A model generated the notes under the pieces. It searched no databases. It was not told the origin of the DNA and saw nothing but the letters and a program-made list of their open reading frames with translations. A program made the translations under genes and the position numbers. A stretch of 63,212 nt of DNA, the filler included, from Perkinsus chesapeaki ATCC PRA-425 (taxonomy: Eukaryota > Protista > Perkinsozoa), in the NCBI GenBank assembly GCA_013115145.1. It is 5 parts of 5 records of this genome, joined end to end, with 100 filler letters (N's around TTAATTAATTAA, not from the genome) between each part and the next. Parts side by side here need not be neighbours in the genome. Positions count along the whole stretch, not along the records: positions 25,495 to 57,226 come from JAAPAO010000413.1; 4 more parts are not named here. The stretch is one strand, 5' to 3'. Shown piece by piece: positions 29,770-43,472 of this stretch; position 1 is the first letter of the stretch, and every line of letters starts with the position of its first letter.

Positions 29770-29791
29770 TCCCTACTGAGAATCTGCTATT

Positions 29792-32700
29792 CTAAGCCTG
29801 ACCCGGAAAGTGATCAACAGTGATAGCTGGAAATAGACGACCGACTCTCTGTTCCCCACAACTTGTCGTGCCCCGAAGTGTATTACTGTACCTTGAAGGG
29901 CTTTCTCAGACAGCCTGTCTGTTGCACTAAACCTTTGCCACTCTCTGAGGGAATTTGCCCTTATAGCTGGAGACCAGGATTCCTGGTCCAGGAAGACTGT
30001 GCATGCGTGCAAGTCCAGATTGTGCAACTGTTACTGCGAGCCGTGACATTATACTTTTGCGACCGTTCGAGAGAGCCGTGCGGGTGCGTGGGTAATTCTT
30101 TCTTGTCCTTGAAAAGTGTCATTTTGATGTGTGTGGCTCGTTTCGTTCCGATTGTTTAGTTCATGGTGTTCTTTCTTTTGCGCCATTGCCTGTGTACCGG
30201 TCACACACCCATTTCTTATTACTCCAGGTGAGATACGCCCGCCCGGGACATTTGTCTCCGTGGCGCGCGCTAGGCACCGAGACTGCTGTCTCCCCGAGAA
30301 ACATCTGATCTTTCATCATCAGTTGTTATTCGATCACTCGTTAATCGCACTTGTCAACTGTCTATCCCGACTGTTGCTGCTCATTACCGCTCAAGGAAAC
30401 GCATACGTCGAGTTCAGTCCGCTAACTAGTGAAGAGAGCTACAGTCTGCCCGCATACATTCAGTGGTTCATTGCTCTTTCCGCTCTTGCCCTCTGTTTTG
30501 TAAACTGTCTCCACCAGTTTAAATGTGTCTTGCTCAACGCGATTGACTTGAGAAAAGTTGCTGCATTCAAATTCCGACACATGCCAACAGTTCCTCGAGG
30601 AGACGATCATCCTCCCGACACCGCGACGGCGTTAAGTTGCTCCAGTCGCCGGAAATAAACTCTGAACGTCTGAGATATCATATTGTTCAAGTGTGTCATA
30701 TCCTGTAGCTACTAACCGGTATCTTATCAATCCTAGACCGGGAGGTCGCCGCGGCTATACCCAAGGCGTTGATGAGGCTGTGGGGAGCGTCTGAGAACTT
30801 GTCGCACAGAGCTTTTAGATCAAATGGTGGTAAGATGCAGGCGACACTTTCCTGACAAGCTAGAATAGCTGCCAAGTGAAGCCCCAACTACAGCCTGCCA
30901 AATAATAATATAATATCGCGTGCTTTCGAAAATTCTCGTCTGTATTCTCGCCTGTGGTTCAAACTCGGATGGATATGTTCACATACCACTAGAAGCCAAG
31001 TGTCAAAGTTTCAAGTCGCAACTCGTTCTGGTTGTTGAGAACTGGAGTAAAAAGGCTGCCAAATCGAAATAGAGTACACAGCTTAATTTCGACCTCAAAA
31101 TCCAAGTTTTTACTAGGGAACCACGACCAGTCGGTCGAATTAAGTAATAATGTGGGTACCTATAGAAAGAGGAGGACCTCTTAGGAATACCTCCAAAAGT
31201 ATCACAGCAGGCCGTACTGGCGTTAAGCCTAGTGCACGCTCACCTTCTGCGTCGTCTCCGTCTGAGCAGTAACCCTCAGTATATCGAGAATCAACCCTTG
31301 TTCATGGTCAGCCATCTGCTCGCCATTCTTGCTAGAATCATCGACCAAGTACGGCCTTGCCCAGGCCCAACATGATTCCGTACTGATCAGAGTTCCTAGT
31401 TCGAGAAGGTTTCCTTTTCCTACTTCATTCGGTGCGGTGCGAGGCGAACGAATGATGCTACCGCTCGCCCAGCTGGGCTTTGGCATAACTTCACATCGTC
31501 AAGTTGCCCGTTGTGGTCACGGGATGGCGAATAAGCTTCAACAAAATCTTTCAGCGATCCCCACGCGACCGACTACAGAAAGAGAACTGATATCAGTAAT
31601 AATCTTCGAGCTAGATTCACATTATTCGGAGAGCTATTGATGAGGTCCTCAGCAAGAATGAACTTGGACACAATTCTGGCCACTGAGTCTTGTAACTTCG
31701 GACATGCCGATTTATCCCATAACAGCCACCAGAATCGTAATGGAGTGCCCATCAGCGGGGAACTAAGAGGCGACATCACAGTGTAATACACTTAGTGCAT
31801 TCAGTGAACCGTTGACAGCAAAAGGTACAGTATCTCTTGATAGAAGTGGAGCTCCTTAAATGACCAAAGACTGCCCCAACTCGTGGCTTACTCCTCAGAT
31901 GCCATTTCCTCGTCGTTCTCGAATAAGGCTTCCATCAGGTTCCCAGCCGCAGTTTGAATTCGAACGGTGGAATCGTAGCAACAATCGAGCAACACTTCAC
32001 ACCACTTGCGGCGTTCATCCTCATCACCGAATAACAAGACAGACGTATCTTGGCCCAAGACCTTGGCCATCGCCAGCAGAGCAGCTGCTCTAACCGACGA
32101 GTCTGGCTCTAAGGAATGCCCTAGGTTCCTAGCAGCAAAACGATTCCTTACCGTTTTCGATGCAGCGTAGCAAGGAAGCCCTCGCAGTAACGAGATAAGG
32201 CTCTGGAATGGACTAAAAGTGAATCAATCATTACAAAGTATTAAGGCATCTTTCACCATGCCAAGGGTTCCCGCAAGAACTTCTACTGCTGTCTTCCTAA
32301 CCATGGCTGAGATGTCTCCAACTCGCGGCGTTATGACCGACTCGATCACAGACGGATGGTATTGGACCAGCTGGGCAGAGGCCTCGAGTGACAGGATGCG
32401 AATCTGATTAGATAGCTGTGGAGAGAAGTAATCTTAAGAAGCGTGCCTTCCTTATCGCTGATTTACTCAAAGCTTCGACGCACCTGAACCAATATGCTCC
32501 CCAAATCATGCGTTTATCTTATCTACCTCACGTAATTCTGCAAGTGGCGATTTGACCCACCAACGAACAGACTGGCCAGAGCCTCATATCGTTGCTTCAC
32601 TGCACCAGCCGAGGTAAAGTCTACAGTTATACCTATAACGCATAATACTCAACTCGAAGGTATATATAATGACAATTCCTAGAAGCACGTTTATGCTGTT

Positions 32701-34960
32701 CATTAATGGTGGCCGTCGTTGCTGTTTTACGACCCAACCAGGGTGCTCACAGGAGCTATCGGCGAACTTAAATTCGTATGAAATACTTTTGGATGAAATA
32801 TGCCATAGTGGGGCCGTCAATTTTGAGGGCTTCTGTCTCAGCCCTAGACTAAAAATCGTTTCGGGACACCCACCGGAGGAACCTTACCAAGTTGGGAACG
32901 CTGCTGATAGCCAAGTTGGGAATCCCAACTACGGCCCAAGCAGTGTACACAGCGTTATCTGAAGTCACTATAGTGTCGCAATGACTCCGTGAACTTCCGA
33001 GCTATCCGACGACATGACATAGTGTAACACTAAATGAGCAATGGACCATTGCTAATGGTGTTAGGATATAGAACTTTATATAAGGACTGTAAAAACGGAG
33101 ACTCCCTTCTTACCGTCATTCTCCATGCGAGCGGCTTCATGCTGGTTCAAGTCTTGTACAAGTTCCTCTAAGGTCATATCTGAACATCGGTCACTGATAA
33201 TCGGTAACATCGGGAGGAACGGTTTAAACATAAAATGATCGACAACAAGCAGACAACCACAGAGCAATTCGGTAACCCCCCGTCACTGACGGGTAACTGC
33301 TGCCCTGAGCTCAGACAGGCGATATATCAGTTGTTTCGTTATTCTGTTCATCGAGGCCAAAATAAAGACGGCCGGCTCATCCTCGGCAAACAGCTTGAAG
33401 GCATACTTACTCATCAGTTGTTGGAGTCTTCTGTTCCGCTTTAATCCGCTTTCTTTCAGTATCCACTCGGTGAGCTCATTTACGTTACCAGACGGGACGG
33501 CCACTTCTGACAATGCCATGCTAAACGCTCTGCCGATGAAGCCACGAACAGGTCCGCGCGAACAAGATATGCAAAACGAAACTTCACCGATTCTTTTCTA
33601 TTTTTCCAAAAAAAACCTTCGATCGTTCCAGCACAGACCAACCTGTTGGTTCGACCTTCCTCCGTTTCCCAGTTGAAACCTCCGCTGTCGGCGCAGCAGG
33701 GAGCTGGACATGCTCGGCTTCTGGCTGCGTAATCCTTTTCTCAATGTGAGAGTAGTCCACCGGTGATCGAGCTATGCTATGCCTCAGCCTAGCTGACGAC
33801 CTCCGAGATCGCTGAGATGTACCAGGTCGCATAATAGCAACTCGAGTAATCCTGCCAACGGTGATTTAACTCAAATCAGTTCGAGAACTCGGGACCGCTG
33901 CACTCCGAGCGCAGCCAAAATAGTGTATAAAAACATTGATTGTCAAAAGCGTGGTTGGACGACTTGCAAGTAAAACAATCTTTCGGACTTGATTCTAGCT
34001 TTCAGGACAACGCTAGTGTCACAATTACACCAAATCAGCACCTTATCAGGACCATGATACGATCTATTACAGTAGCGGAAACTATTAATAGCTTTCGTCG
34101 CAAGTCACGATTTTCACCTCTCGAGTCTGAGAAGTCATTAGGCTGACGATCTGGGGTAAGCTAATCAGCGACGAGTCACTTGGAAGGTGACTTCCATGCC
34201 AAGATACTTCGCGGTCAATCAGAACACCGAAGCGCGTTGAAGTTGAACCCTCGAACTTAATGAGGAGATTGTTTGTGTGGAGTTAGAAGGTCGAATGCAT
34301 TCCACGGCTCCCCCGTTTGCCGTTTGAAAGCATCAGCTTCATAAGGACGAACTCGCTCCCAGCTGTTCTACAAAAGACTACTCTTGATCGCAGCAGACGC
34401 CAAGTGATATAATATCACTTGTATGATGTTACTGATATCCAGAAAATAAGACTTCACCAATGTGAAATTAACATTGCGAACTCCTTCTAGTGGAAACCAG
34501 GAAGTTCGTCAAGGTTCATCAGTAGCCTCCTCACGCGTTCTCACCCGCCGCAGCATTATCGTCTTTTCGATCATTCTCAATCCCGATTGCCTACTCTCTG
34601 ACCCACGTAGATGACATCAACACAACACCATTTACATCAACAACAGTAGAGGAACACTGCCAACTAATCATCATCTTCATCATCATCATGTCCAACCCTA
34701 TTTCTATATCCTCCCTTTTGCAGCCTCAATTCCGCCACATCTTCCGAGATATCATCCCCTACCCTTTGCATCATAGAACTCATCGACTCTTTCTGCAGCT
34801 TGTTGGAATCCACTCTAAAGTGAGGACAGGAAAAAATCGCAAAATCTCGGAAGATACCCCACGCTCGAAGCTCCAAATAAATGATACAGCACTCATGAAA
34901 CGTATTTTACGAAACCACCTACGCGAAGATAGGCAACTCTTGGATTGATTGTAGATAAGA
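29792..34960 (-). CDS. large multi-exon HEAT-repeat protein, possibly Scc2/Nipped-B-like (5' boundary uncertain)
   Basis: Consecutive HEAT-like segments QIRILSLEASAQLVQYHPSVIESVITPRVGDISAMVRKTAVEVLA, LLRCIENEPDSSVRAAALLAMAKVL and VLLDCCYDSTVRIQTAAGNLMEALF. Putative last exon AITVDHFPGQA* (TAG 29792-29794). Confidence 0.5.
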
Positions 34961-35019
34961 GATCATCTACACCTACAAGAATGTATCCCTCGAGGCCCTT
35001 AAAAGGTGGCTAATGCTAA

Positions 35020-38000
35020 GAGTTGTATAATATAGAAGTTCTTGCAGAAAATATGTCCCTTGAGCAAAAAGAAGCATCAAACGCGTTTCCCCTGGAAGCA
35101 CGCAATGCCTGCATCGTCTCTGCTTCCTAGGTTCCACATTAAGCCACTTCACCAATTCGCATTTTCTCGCTCATTGCGTCTTTCGGACCAATTGAGTGTC
35201 GGCGTCTATCCCCGACAGCTCCAAAACGTTCTTACCGCTGGTCCACATTAAGAAGCGTTCGGACATCTGCCGGAGGTCTCGAAGGATCTGCCATCTGCTT
35301 CTTCTTTGCCAACTGGTCGTTCCGCAAACGTGCTGCCACCGAATCACGATTTGCTTCTTCGGCAATCTCCGCCAGATCAACTTTTTCAAAATCGACGGGC
35401 TCTGAAAATCCATTCAAATCACTGGAGTCGCGACCGCGAGCGAGCTAGAAGGCATACCACAAGACGTTCTTACCGAATCTAGATGAACCACCATAAAGTG
35501 GAACCATCAGATCAATTCGTGCCGATTTCTCTGTACCTGGTGAGCGATTTTGCACCATAATGACCAACATTGCTCTCCTACCAGACGGATTCATTATATC
35601 ATTTGCCGCCGATGGCCGATGAGCTTGATTGAGAGCCTAAAAATGCATCGTAGATCGAGAATGACTTCTATCGTGTCCGCTAATCCACAGATAGCACGCC
35701 TTCGTTCCCCTTCAATAGTCGCCATTCCACGTGCGTCATGTAATATAGGTTGGTTTGCCCCTTTTTGTAATGGATTGTCCATGTACGTATCGAACGGTAG
35801 CCGTGAGCTCGTTGCTTCTATAAAGTATAGCTTCCCTCGATTACTTTCATTATGCTTGAATAGCCATCATTTCCTATCCCTTGCACCCACATTTGAAAGG
35901 CAAGTCCGACAAAACGTCTCAGCTCAACGATTTAGGTTTCAATATATCTCCGAATGATGGTCACTTGCTCCAGTGACTCTTCGGAGAAAGTGGCAGATTC
36001 AGTGGAAGAAACTCCTAGGCTTCAAGCAACCGCAACACTTGTATAGATTCCTACTAGAAATCTATACCTAAGAATTTCTCTTCAAACGAAATGATGAAGA
36101 CCCAAGAGTTTCCAACAGCAGCCCACCTGTTCTGTTCTCGAGATATCTTCCATAGGGTTCGCCAGCGCTGTCGCCATAACTGTCTCCCTCAATTCCTAAA
36201 TTCGATTTCCAAGATTTCCTTATTGATACTTCCAACCTGTAAAGTCTGTCGGGATGCCTTCTCGGCAACATCCTTCCTTGCAAATTGTGACGAGAATTTC
36301 TGCTTCATCAGCAACCTGAAAAATTGCAGTGTGGGATTAAATGCATTCTTGCGCTTAGTTATTCTGACCAAGGAAAAAGAGCCTCCACGGAATTTACCTC
36401 CCACCACCGTGCGATTGGTGGCCAATTTTTACGAAGTAGTGCGACAAAGCCTTGGCCTCCTTTTTGACAGCCTTATAGAGAAAACACGGAGACTGGGAAT
36501 ATATCATCTGGGAGTGCATTCCCACAGAAGTTCCGCGATCCTATTTTCCAGCCGACAGATACTCCATCACAGCGGCTGGGCAGTGCTATACATACCGCCC
36601 CGGAAAATACCAAGTTTCACCTGTACCTTTGCACAGTCGTAAGTAAATGCGTTACAGATGATACTGATTGCTCTAATTCCCTTCAAACTGACCGGGAGAT
36701 GTAATCACTTTAATCAGAAATATCCATTGCTTGCAAAGCTGTTATTGTTAGCAACAAAGCTAGTTCAAAATGGTCATGACTTCACGCCAGTTCTTCCCAA
36801 TCGTTATGATTGGACTCTTTACAATCTACTGCGTTCCAAGTCTCCTGTTCTAATTGTTGCTAAAGCAACTGTCTTTCTCGAATGCAAAAGCGTTACCCGA
36901 ATAACAGCAATTATGATAACCGTTAAAGCTAACAATCACCCGGTCATCCAATCTCACCTCTCATGCCTCGTCTTCGGCACAAAGAAATTGTTAACTTGTT
37001 TCTTCCTCCATTTGAAATGATCCAACATCTCCATTAATTTTCGACGAGTAAGTGCGCCACGCCAACGCCTCTGCCAACAGTTGTGATAGAAAGACTAATC
37101 CATAGTGCACAAGACACACAGAGTGAAAAGCAATGTAACTCATTGTTAAAAGTAATTATTATCTGCAAGATATTCGTATCGATATGAATTTTCCTCCTCA
37201 TTCGCCCCAATACGATAAATTAACAAAAATTTCCTGTCCTTGTCTAAGTCTCTTTCTGCTGTCTAAGTGCCATCAGTGACTGTAGGATCGCGAGCGCATG
37301 ACGAAGTTCAGTGATCATACTATTATATATCTAATAAATAACGTTAGTTCCTAGTTTTACAATAACATATAAAGTTGATAAATCTATTTTAAATATATTA
37401 TTATAAATATAGACCTATTTATATCATCCATTACTGTATATCTTATTATTTCCTTTTTTTCGAAACCGTCGGGAAGTGCGAGATCCCAAAACTAAATCTA
37501 AAACCACTCGATACCAATCTGACATTTGTAAAGTAAACAGAAGCTTATATTCCAGGTTCCGTTCGCCTGGTCAAATCTAAAGTTGCGGTCCTATCACGTA
37601 CATTACACGTACATACCTTGTGACTATGAGTACTAGTTAAGACCAAACGTTACGCAGTTATCTTCTCACTTGAATTTTGGTGACAAGATCTCTCCTTCGT
37701 TTGAATTGCAATCGTGCCTCAATCCCTCTTGTCCAGCCCTGCAGTTGCGTGATTGCCCACAGAACTTTCGGCCGAGCTCGTCGCATGTGTTCTGTGAATT
37801 GCGGATCAAGTCGTTCAAGCAACAAAAGTATCTGAAGGAAAAAGATGTAGAAAGATTCAATTTCACTTTTTATTTATCAGACAGGAAATTTCTGAGAAAA
37901 AATTTTGATTCCACAGAATTTTACGCATCATACTCTTCTTCGACGTTTCTTCTATTTCCCAAATTTGCCTGGCATGAGCTGAATGTCCTGCCCGATAAGT

Positions 38001-41000
38001 TTCATTTACATTATGACAAATATTATACCTCATAACGATTAAAGCATATTAACAAAAAAATCCCAGTTTCCCAGTGCTGGTTGAATATCACTTGTCAATT
38101 CTGCCGCTTTTCCTACCACACTCACATTGGTCGCATCCTGGAATAGATGTAGTTGTCGATTGCCTCTGTAATGCACCATAGTGAAGCAATATGAGCACAT
38201 AAGCTCATGACATTGCTCACAGTACCTTCTAGAAAATCCGCGCCAAAAATCGGTAAAAACCGTACAAAGTGGCTCTGGTAGTGTTGCATTGGTTACAAAG
38301 GGGCCGCACACTAACCTTGGTAACTGTGTGTTGACGACTAAGCAAAAACGTAATTCATGAAACGCTTCGCTCCGCTACCTACCGATTCCCATTCAAATGA
38401 CATCGCCAGTAGCAAGGTACACAAAAATCGTCTGTGCATTGATCACAACGGAAGGCCGCTGGAGCGTCACTGCGCCACGAAATTCGAAACGAAGGCGGTG
38501 GCGTACAGAGCTCACCAACACTCCATACATTTCTTCTTGTGCTGGTCCACCATATCGCCGTCACTTGCTGTCACCAACTGCGCGTGATGGTCACTGCGGA
38601 ATCTGAAACGGTTCACGGATTCCATCGGAATGAATACGGGCCGCAGTTTTAACGGTTTGGAATATCGAATTCCACATGAATGTTAAAAAGTTATTTATTC
38701 GTATCGATGACAGCGATTCTCATACGGACCAATACGAGCCCGGAAATTTAATTCCACCTAAATCTCCAAAAGCTGCTCTTGAAAATGATAGTCATTGCAA
38801 GACACGAGTTCTCTACCAAGGTGCTTAATTATAAATGTGTGGCCAACCCATCACGTGGTGTGAAACTTAACGCCTCCAGGAACGGGACCTACCCTTTTCG
38901 ATGCAACTGTTGAAAGCATTGAAAGCAAAAGTAATCATCGCAGCTACCGCAGAAAACCTGACAAACAAGAATTATAAGATTACCAAAAATTTCGTACTTG
39001 TGGTTTTTTCTTTCCACAACTTGAGCACAACGAGCCGACCGCCGTGGGCGTCGCCGTGTGGGTCGATCTCGGTCCTGGCGTTGAATCATGTAATATTGAG
39101 AAGCAAGAGTGACAGTACGATTGGACCTGTCAAACGAACATGGTTATGAAGTTTAGAGAGAGAGACGTCTCTTTCATCATATTTCCCCCCCTCATGCGAG
39201 CCGAAGTATCCTTCACGTCCACGATAAGGTTCGCAAGGCACCCAGTGGCTATCACAAATGGCACTGATATTTCCACAACCTCATTAGGCATCCGGTTCTC
39301 GACCTACACATTGCTCACACTTCACCGTCGATTGCAGGACCCCGCAATCTTGACATGGTAATTGGAGATTGCGGAACTTGGTGTGATATAATACATCTGG
39401 CTGGGTGAAGAGAAGCTGAAAAGAAGCAAGTCGAGACAGAAAATGATGATTTTAATATTATTGATCATTTTTAATAATAGTACATGACAATAGGTTTAGT
39501 GGCTCATTATAAGGATTAGTTATAGAATACCATATTGACTAAGATATTCCGTTATTAAAAAGTGTTAGAATTTAATGAAATTGAGTTATTTAACTATCCT
39601 GTACCACACATGTCCTATGTTATTAATGTGAATTCAACACTACCCTCGGCCCATGAATCATAATTACTATTACGTTACCTTTCCTCAACTTGGAGAGCAT
39701 TATTCACACAGGAAATTGTACACAGAAATTGTCATATAAAGTACCGTTGACGCATTCCACCGATCCACCCAATTTCACCTTATTAAAAATTTCCCAGAAA
39801 TTATAAATGTCCCATAGACCTACTGAAAGCCGGTTTTAGCAATACCTTATTAACGCTCGGCTTCGTTCGCATCGCAACAAGATCCAACCGTTGACGCTCC
39901 AATACTTTTAAAAATCGATTGGTGAGCGGATGCTCCAAAGTGTAATAATCATTATCAGTATCATGAAAATATCTGAGGGAGACGAACCAATCAGATATTG
40001 GAAATATTCAAGTTGGAAGAGATAACGGTTTCATTATTGATAAAGCCCTCGATAGCTTAATGTGAAAGTTCCACCTTGTTCCCCGGGACCTTATTACACT
40101 ATATTGCTTTGGCTAAATAACATTTCAGCATTCGGTGGCATCGGCGCTGCACACATCTCCCTGGCGATCCTAAACAGGAAATAATTGAACAAGATAGGCT
40201 ATGCAACGTGACGTACAGAACAGCAATACTCAATTTCATAAATGCACCTCCTACTAATTCATATCGAATCGCACTTCATACAAATTCCACTCACTACCAT
40301 TTGGTGACCCTTACTGGGTCAACTCTAATAATCTGGTTGTTAATGTAGATTGACGTATTAATGAGTATTATATCCTAATTTGAAACATTGCTGCGCTCGT
40401 ATAGCCGAGAAACTCCCAAAAAATATACTATGAGTTGGTCCGCTGTATTTCCTTATCTATACAATATCCTTCAACAAGGAGGTATATATCTTACCAAGCG
40501 AGCTCAGGTTCGAGGACAAGGTCGATACCAAGATATGCAACATAATCTGTAGTGGACAGTTTTGCCTGAATTATAATGTACGTAATGAAATGAATCTTAG
40601 CTTACTCCTTGATAAGGAATCCTGAGGCTGCGAGCTGCTATGGTCTCATTTAGAAAATCTATTGTGGCCGCGTCCAAGTTGGTTTCACCCGCGGCACCGT
40701 CCTGAGAAGGGAAATTCTGCGCAGTTGTTTCCAAGTTGACCTATTTTGTATCTAACACGCTTCAACCTAAGATACCCCCCTTATTACCTCATTAGTGCTA
40801 ACGGAGCTTTCTGTATCGGCCTCTGAATCATCGCGTCCCATTTTTAATTAACTAACTTTGGGATTTGCTCAACCACGTATGGATCATGCGTGAAGGAAAT
40901 GTAAGACGGCGCAAGATTTGGAAGACCGCTCGAACCGGGCAGTGAGTTGACTTGACAGAAGATTCCTCAGAGGTTAGTTGACTCTCCTCCCTGTTTGTTG

Positions 41001-42120
41001 TTGTATGGTCTACTCACCTGAAGACACTCCATTTGATGGTGTAATTGAGAATGGTCATAAAGCTCGAACTCGATACAAGCTGCCGGCTTTAGGCAAATAT
41101 GGGTAATAGGCGGGGACTTGGCGGAAGAAATATCTTCAGAGAGGATTATATCCCAATGCGAGATCTCGAATTAACTATACATTCTGCCAATAATAATATA
41201 ATACCGCGTCTTAGTAAATTCTCGTTTTGGAACAAGTTGTATGTGTTGGACATATCCATCCGAATTTGAACCACGCTGAAGCCGGATGAGAATTTCCGAA
41301 AAACGCGTTACTATATTATTATTTGGCAGGCTGTAAATTAAAAACTGACAAAAATTAGAAAATTGTTAATAGTTTTTGCAATTGGTACTATATGAAGTCA
41401 GCCACGATGTCACAGAGGAGCTCAACATTTTATTAAACTGTTGGGGATTGTCGTATTGTAAAGTTGTTATTAAATAAGGGTTATGATAGTTGTTAATTTT
41501 TAAAAAGTATGTCGCTGCTTGCTGGCAAACAGATTCACAAAAACAAGAGTCTTTTTGACAAAAGATTGAAAATACATACTTATTATCGAATAATTATACA
41601 TTATTTACATCCTTTATCGAATAATTATACATTATTTACATCCTTTATCGAATAATTATACATTATTTACATCTTTTATCGAATAATCGTCGACTTAACG
41701 CTTGAGTGTTAAATTTTCGTGTTAAAAAATATGTTATTAAATGACACGACAGTTGCTTTTTCGGCTTAGTAAGGTTTCATAGTGGCTTTTATTTCATCGA
41801 TCTTGCTAGAAATGAAGGAATATCTTATTGCGAACAGTTTATTTGGAAAATGGAAGGGCAAAGGTTCAAAAGATCCACTGGAGCAAAATGAATCTAGCGG
41901 AAAGATCTTCTCAGTAATTTACCAACTTGATAATTTCCGATAAGCGTTCCTTCCGTCCCTCTCATGATTGTGCAAAATGTCCCGACTTGTAATACCGGTT
42001 CAGGTACGGGAGGGCAAAGCCGTCGTTATTGGGGTTGCCGAATGGGTCTGGCGGTGGTATTGTGGGACAGAAAATGTCAGAATCATTGTGCAAGTTGGTC
42101 GAATCTGACCCGAGGTTCAT
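35020..42120 (-). CDS. multi-exon protein with repeated B-box-like zinc fingers and an IQ motif (ends approximate)
   Basis: CQDCGVLQSTVKCEQC; FCGSCDDYFCFQCFQQLHRKG; CDQCTDDFCVPCYWRCHLNGNR; YCEQCHELMCSYCFTMVHYRGNRQLHLF; IQ-like WQRRWRGALTRRKL (about 37030-37085). Candidate first exon MNLGSDSTN... at 42120. Confidence 0.55.
41583..41687. repeat. 31-bp AT-rich tandem repeat, 3.4 copies
   Basis: TTATCGAATAATTATACATTATTTACATCCT at 41583, 41614 and 41645, partial at 41676. Confidence 0.95.
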
Positions 42121-43472
42121 GGAGACTGTAGTGATATTTTCACAGAAGCTTATCTCATGTAGGTTCGTAATTTTTCCATGGAAATATTTCACTCGGGAAT
42201 GTAGTAAGTTGCATTAGGGTTGTCGAGTCGTATGATGAATAATTTAAAATCGATCGTATGAGTTGGTTCTTTCGGCACTGGATGAAGCTTTAGGCTGAAA
42301 AAGAAGATTGGGAGGAGGAATGATTAATGATTAAAATTAAATACAACAAGGAGGCGATAATATATTACTTTTTAATGATCAAATTTGTCAATTTAAAATT
42401 ATGCCATCCTTTTTGTTGATGAGAGATGATGCCACTTTTATCCAACAGGCAAATTTACTACCGGAACTATACAATACAATTTAATAAATTTCATCTGCAT
42501 TATGGCAATATATGATGCGGGATAATTTATTGCTTTCTCACAAATCAAATTGACAGCTTGAAAGAAGACAATTTGTCTGGTTGGTGAGGGATGACGTTTG
42601 TACTTGTCGACGAAAATAAAGTATTGTAATTATTACTTTAACTCAAATAATTAGCTTGTTTTTATTAATAATTACGCAGCCTTACTGTCAAAGTCACATT
42701 ACGTGGTTATTAACCAGTATTACTATATAAGTTGAGACTGCCAATGGATCACTGGTGACGACTGGTGACTAATGTTCAACTCTAAACTCGTTCAGCGGAA
42801 TTGCCTCCGGGTCAACCTGAATGAGCGCTTTTCAAAGCTCTCTTGTTTGGCTGGATGGGATGTCGCTGATATTCGTCACTTCTTAGGAGGGGTGCATTTT
42901 GTTCCCTCTGCAGGTATAAGCTTTCAACGAGGATCTTCGGGACAGTCGAAATCCGGGCTGACTCGAAACATGACACTGAATCTGCTGACAGATATGCTTT
43001 GGTCTGTGCTGGTTCAAGTTTGGGACAGCGAATCTATCTCTTGGAAAACTGATAATGGTGAAGTTCCAGTGAGCAACGAGACCGTGGAGGCGGCTGAGGC
43101 TCGAGACTCGATTGCTGCTACATTTGGGGGGGAGAACGGCGTTGAAGAAACTGTCACAACGGGACAGCCGTCAGCTGGGGGAACAGCGGATGGTAGTGGC
43201 GGGCAGATGGCTGATGTTGGGATAACGTACCTGGCTTGTTGGATGTTATTATCCTGTATTATCATTTCATTTATTCATTATTATATCGATACTTTTTATA
43301 TATTATATAACTCTAATTAAGACAGTCCTTTCCGAGATCGTCGGGGGAGAGGAACTCCTTTAAGGGAATCCCAAGAATTGGAGAGTCATCATTTGAAGTC
43401 TTCCAGATTTGGTCCTAGATGGCCAGTTAGGTCTCTCTATTCGTATCAGGTGTATCATCGCCGAAGAAGAGC

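Noticed and set aside
42772-43320. 182-aa plus-strand ORF as a standalone gene
   Set aside because: It contains internal splice-like signals and competing open frames with no recognisable motif, so a model cannot be supported.
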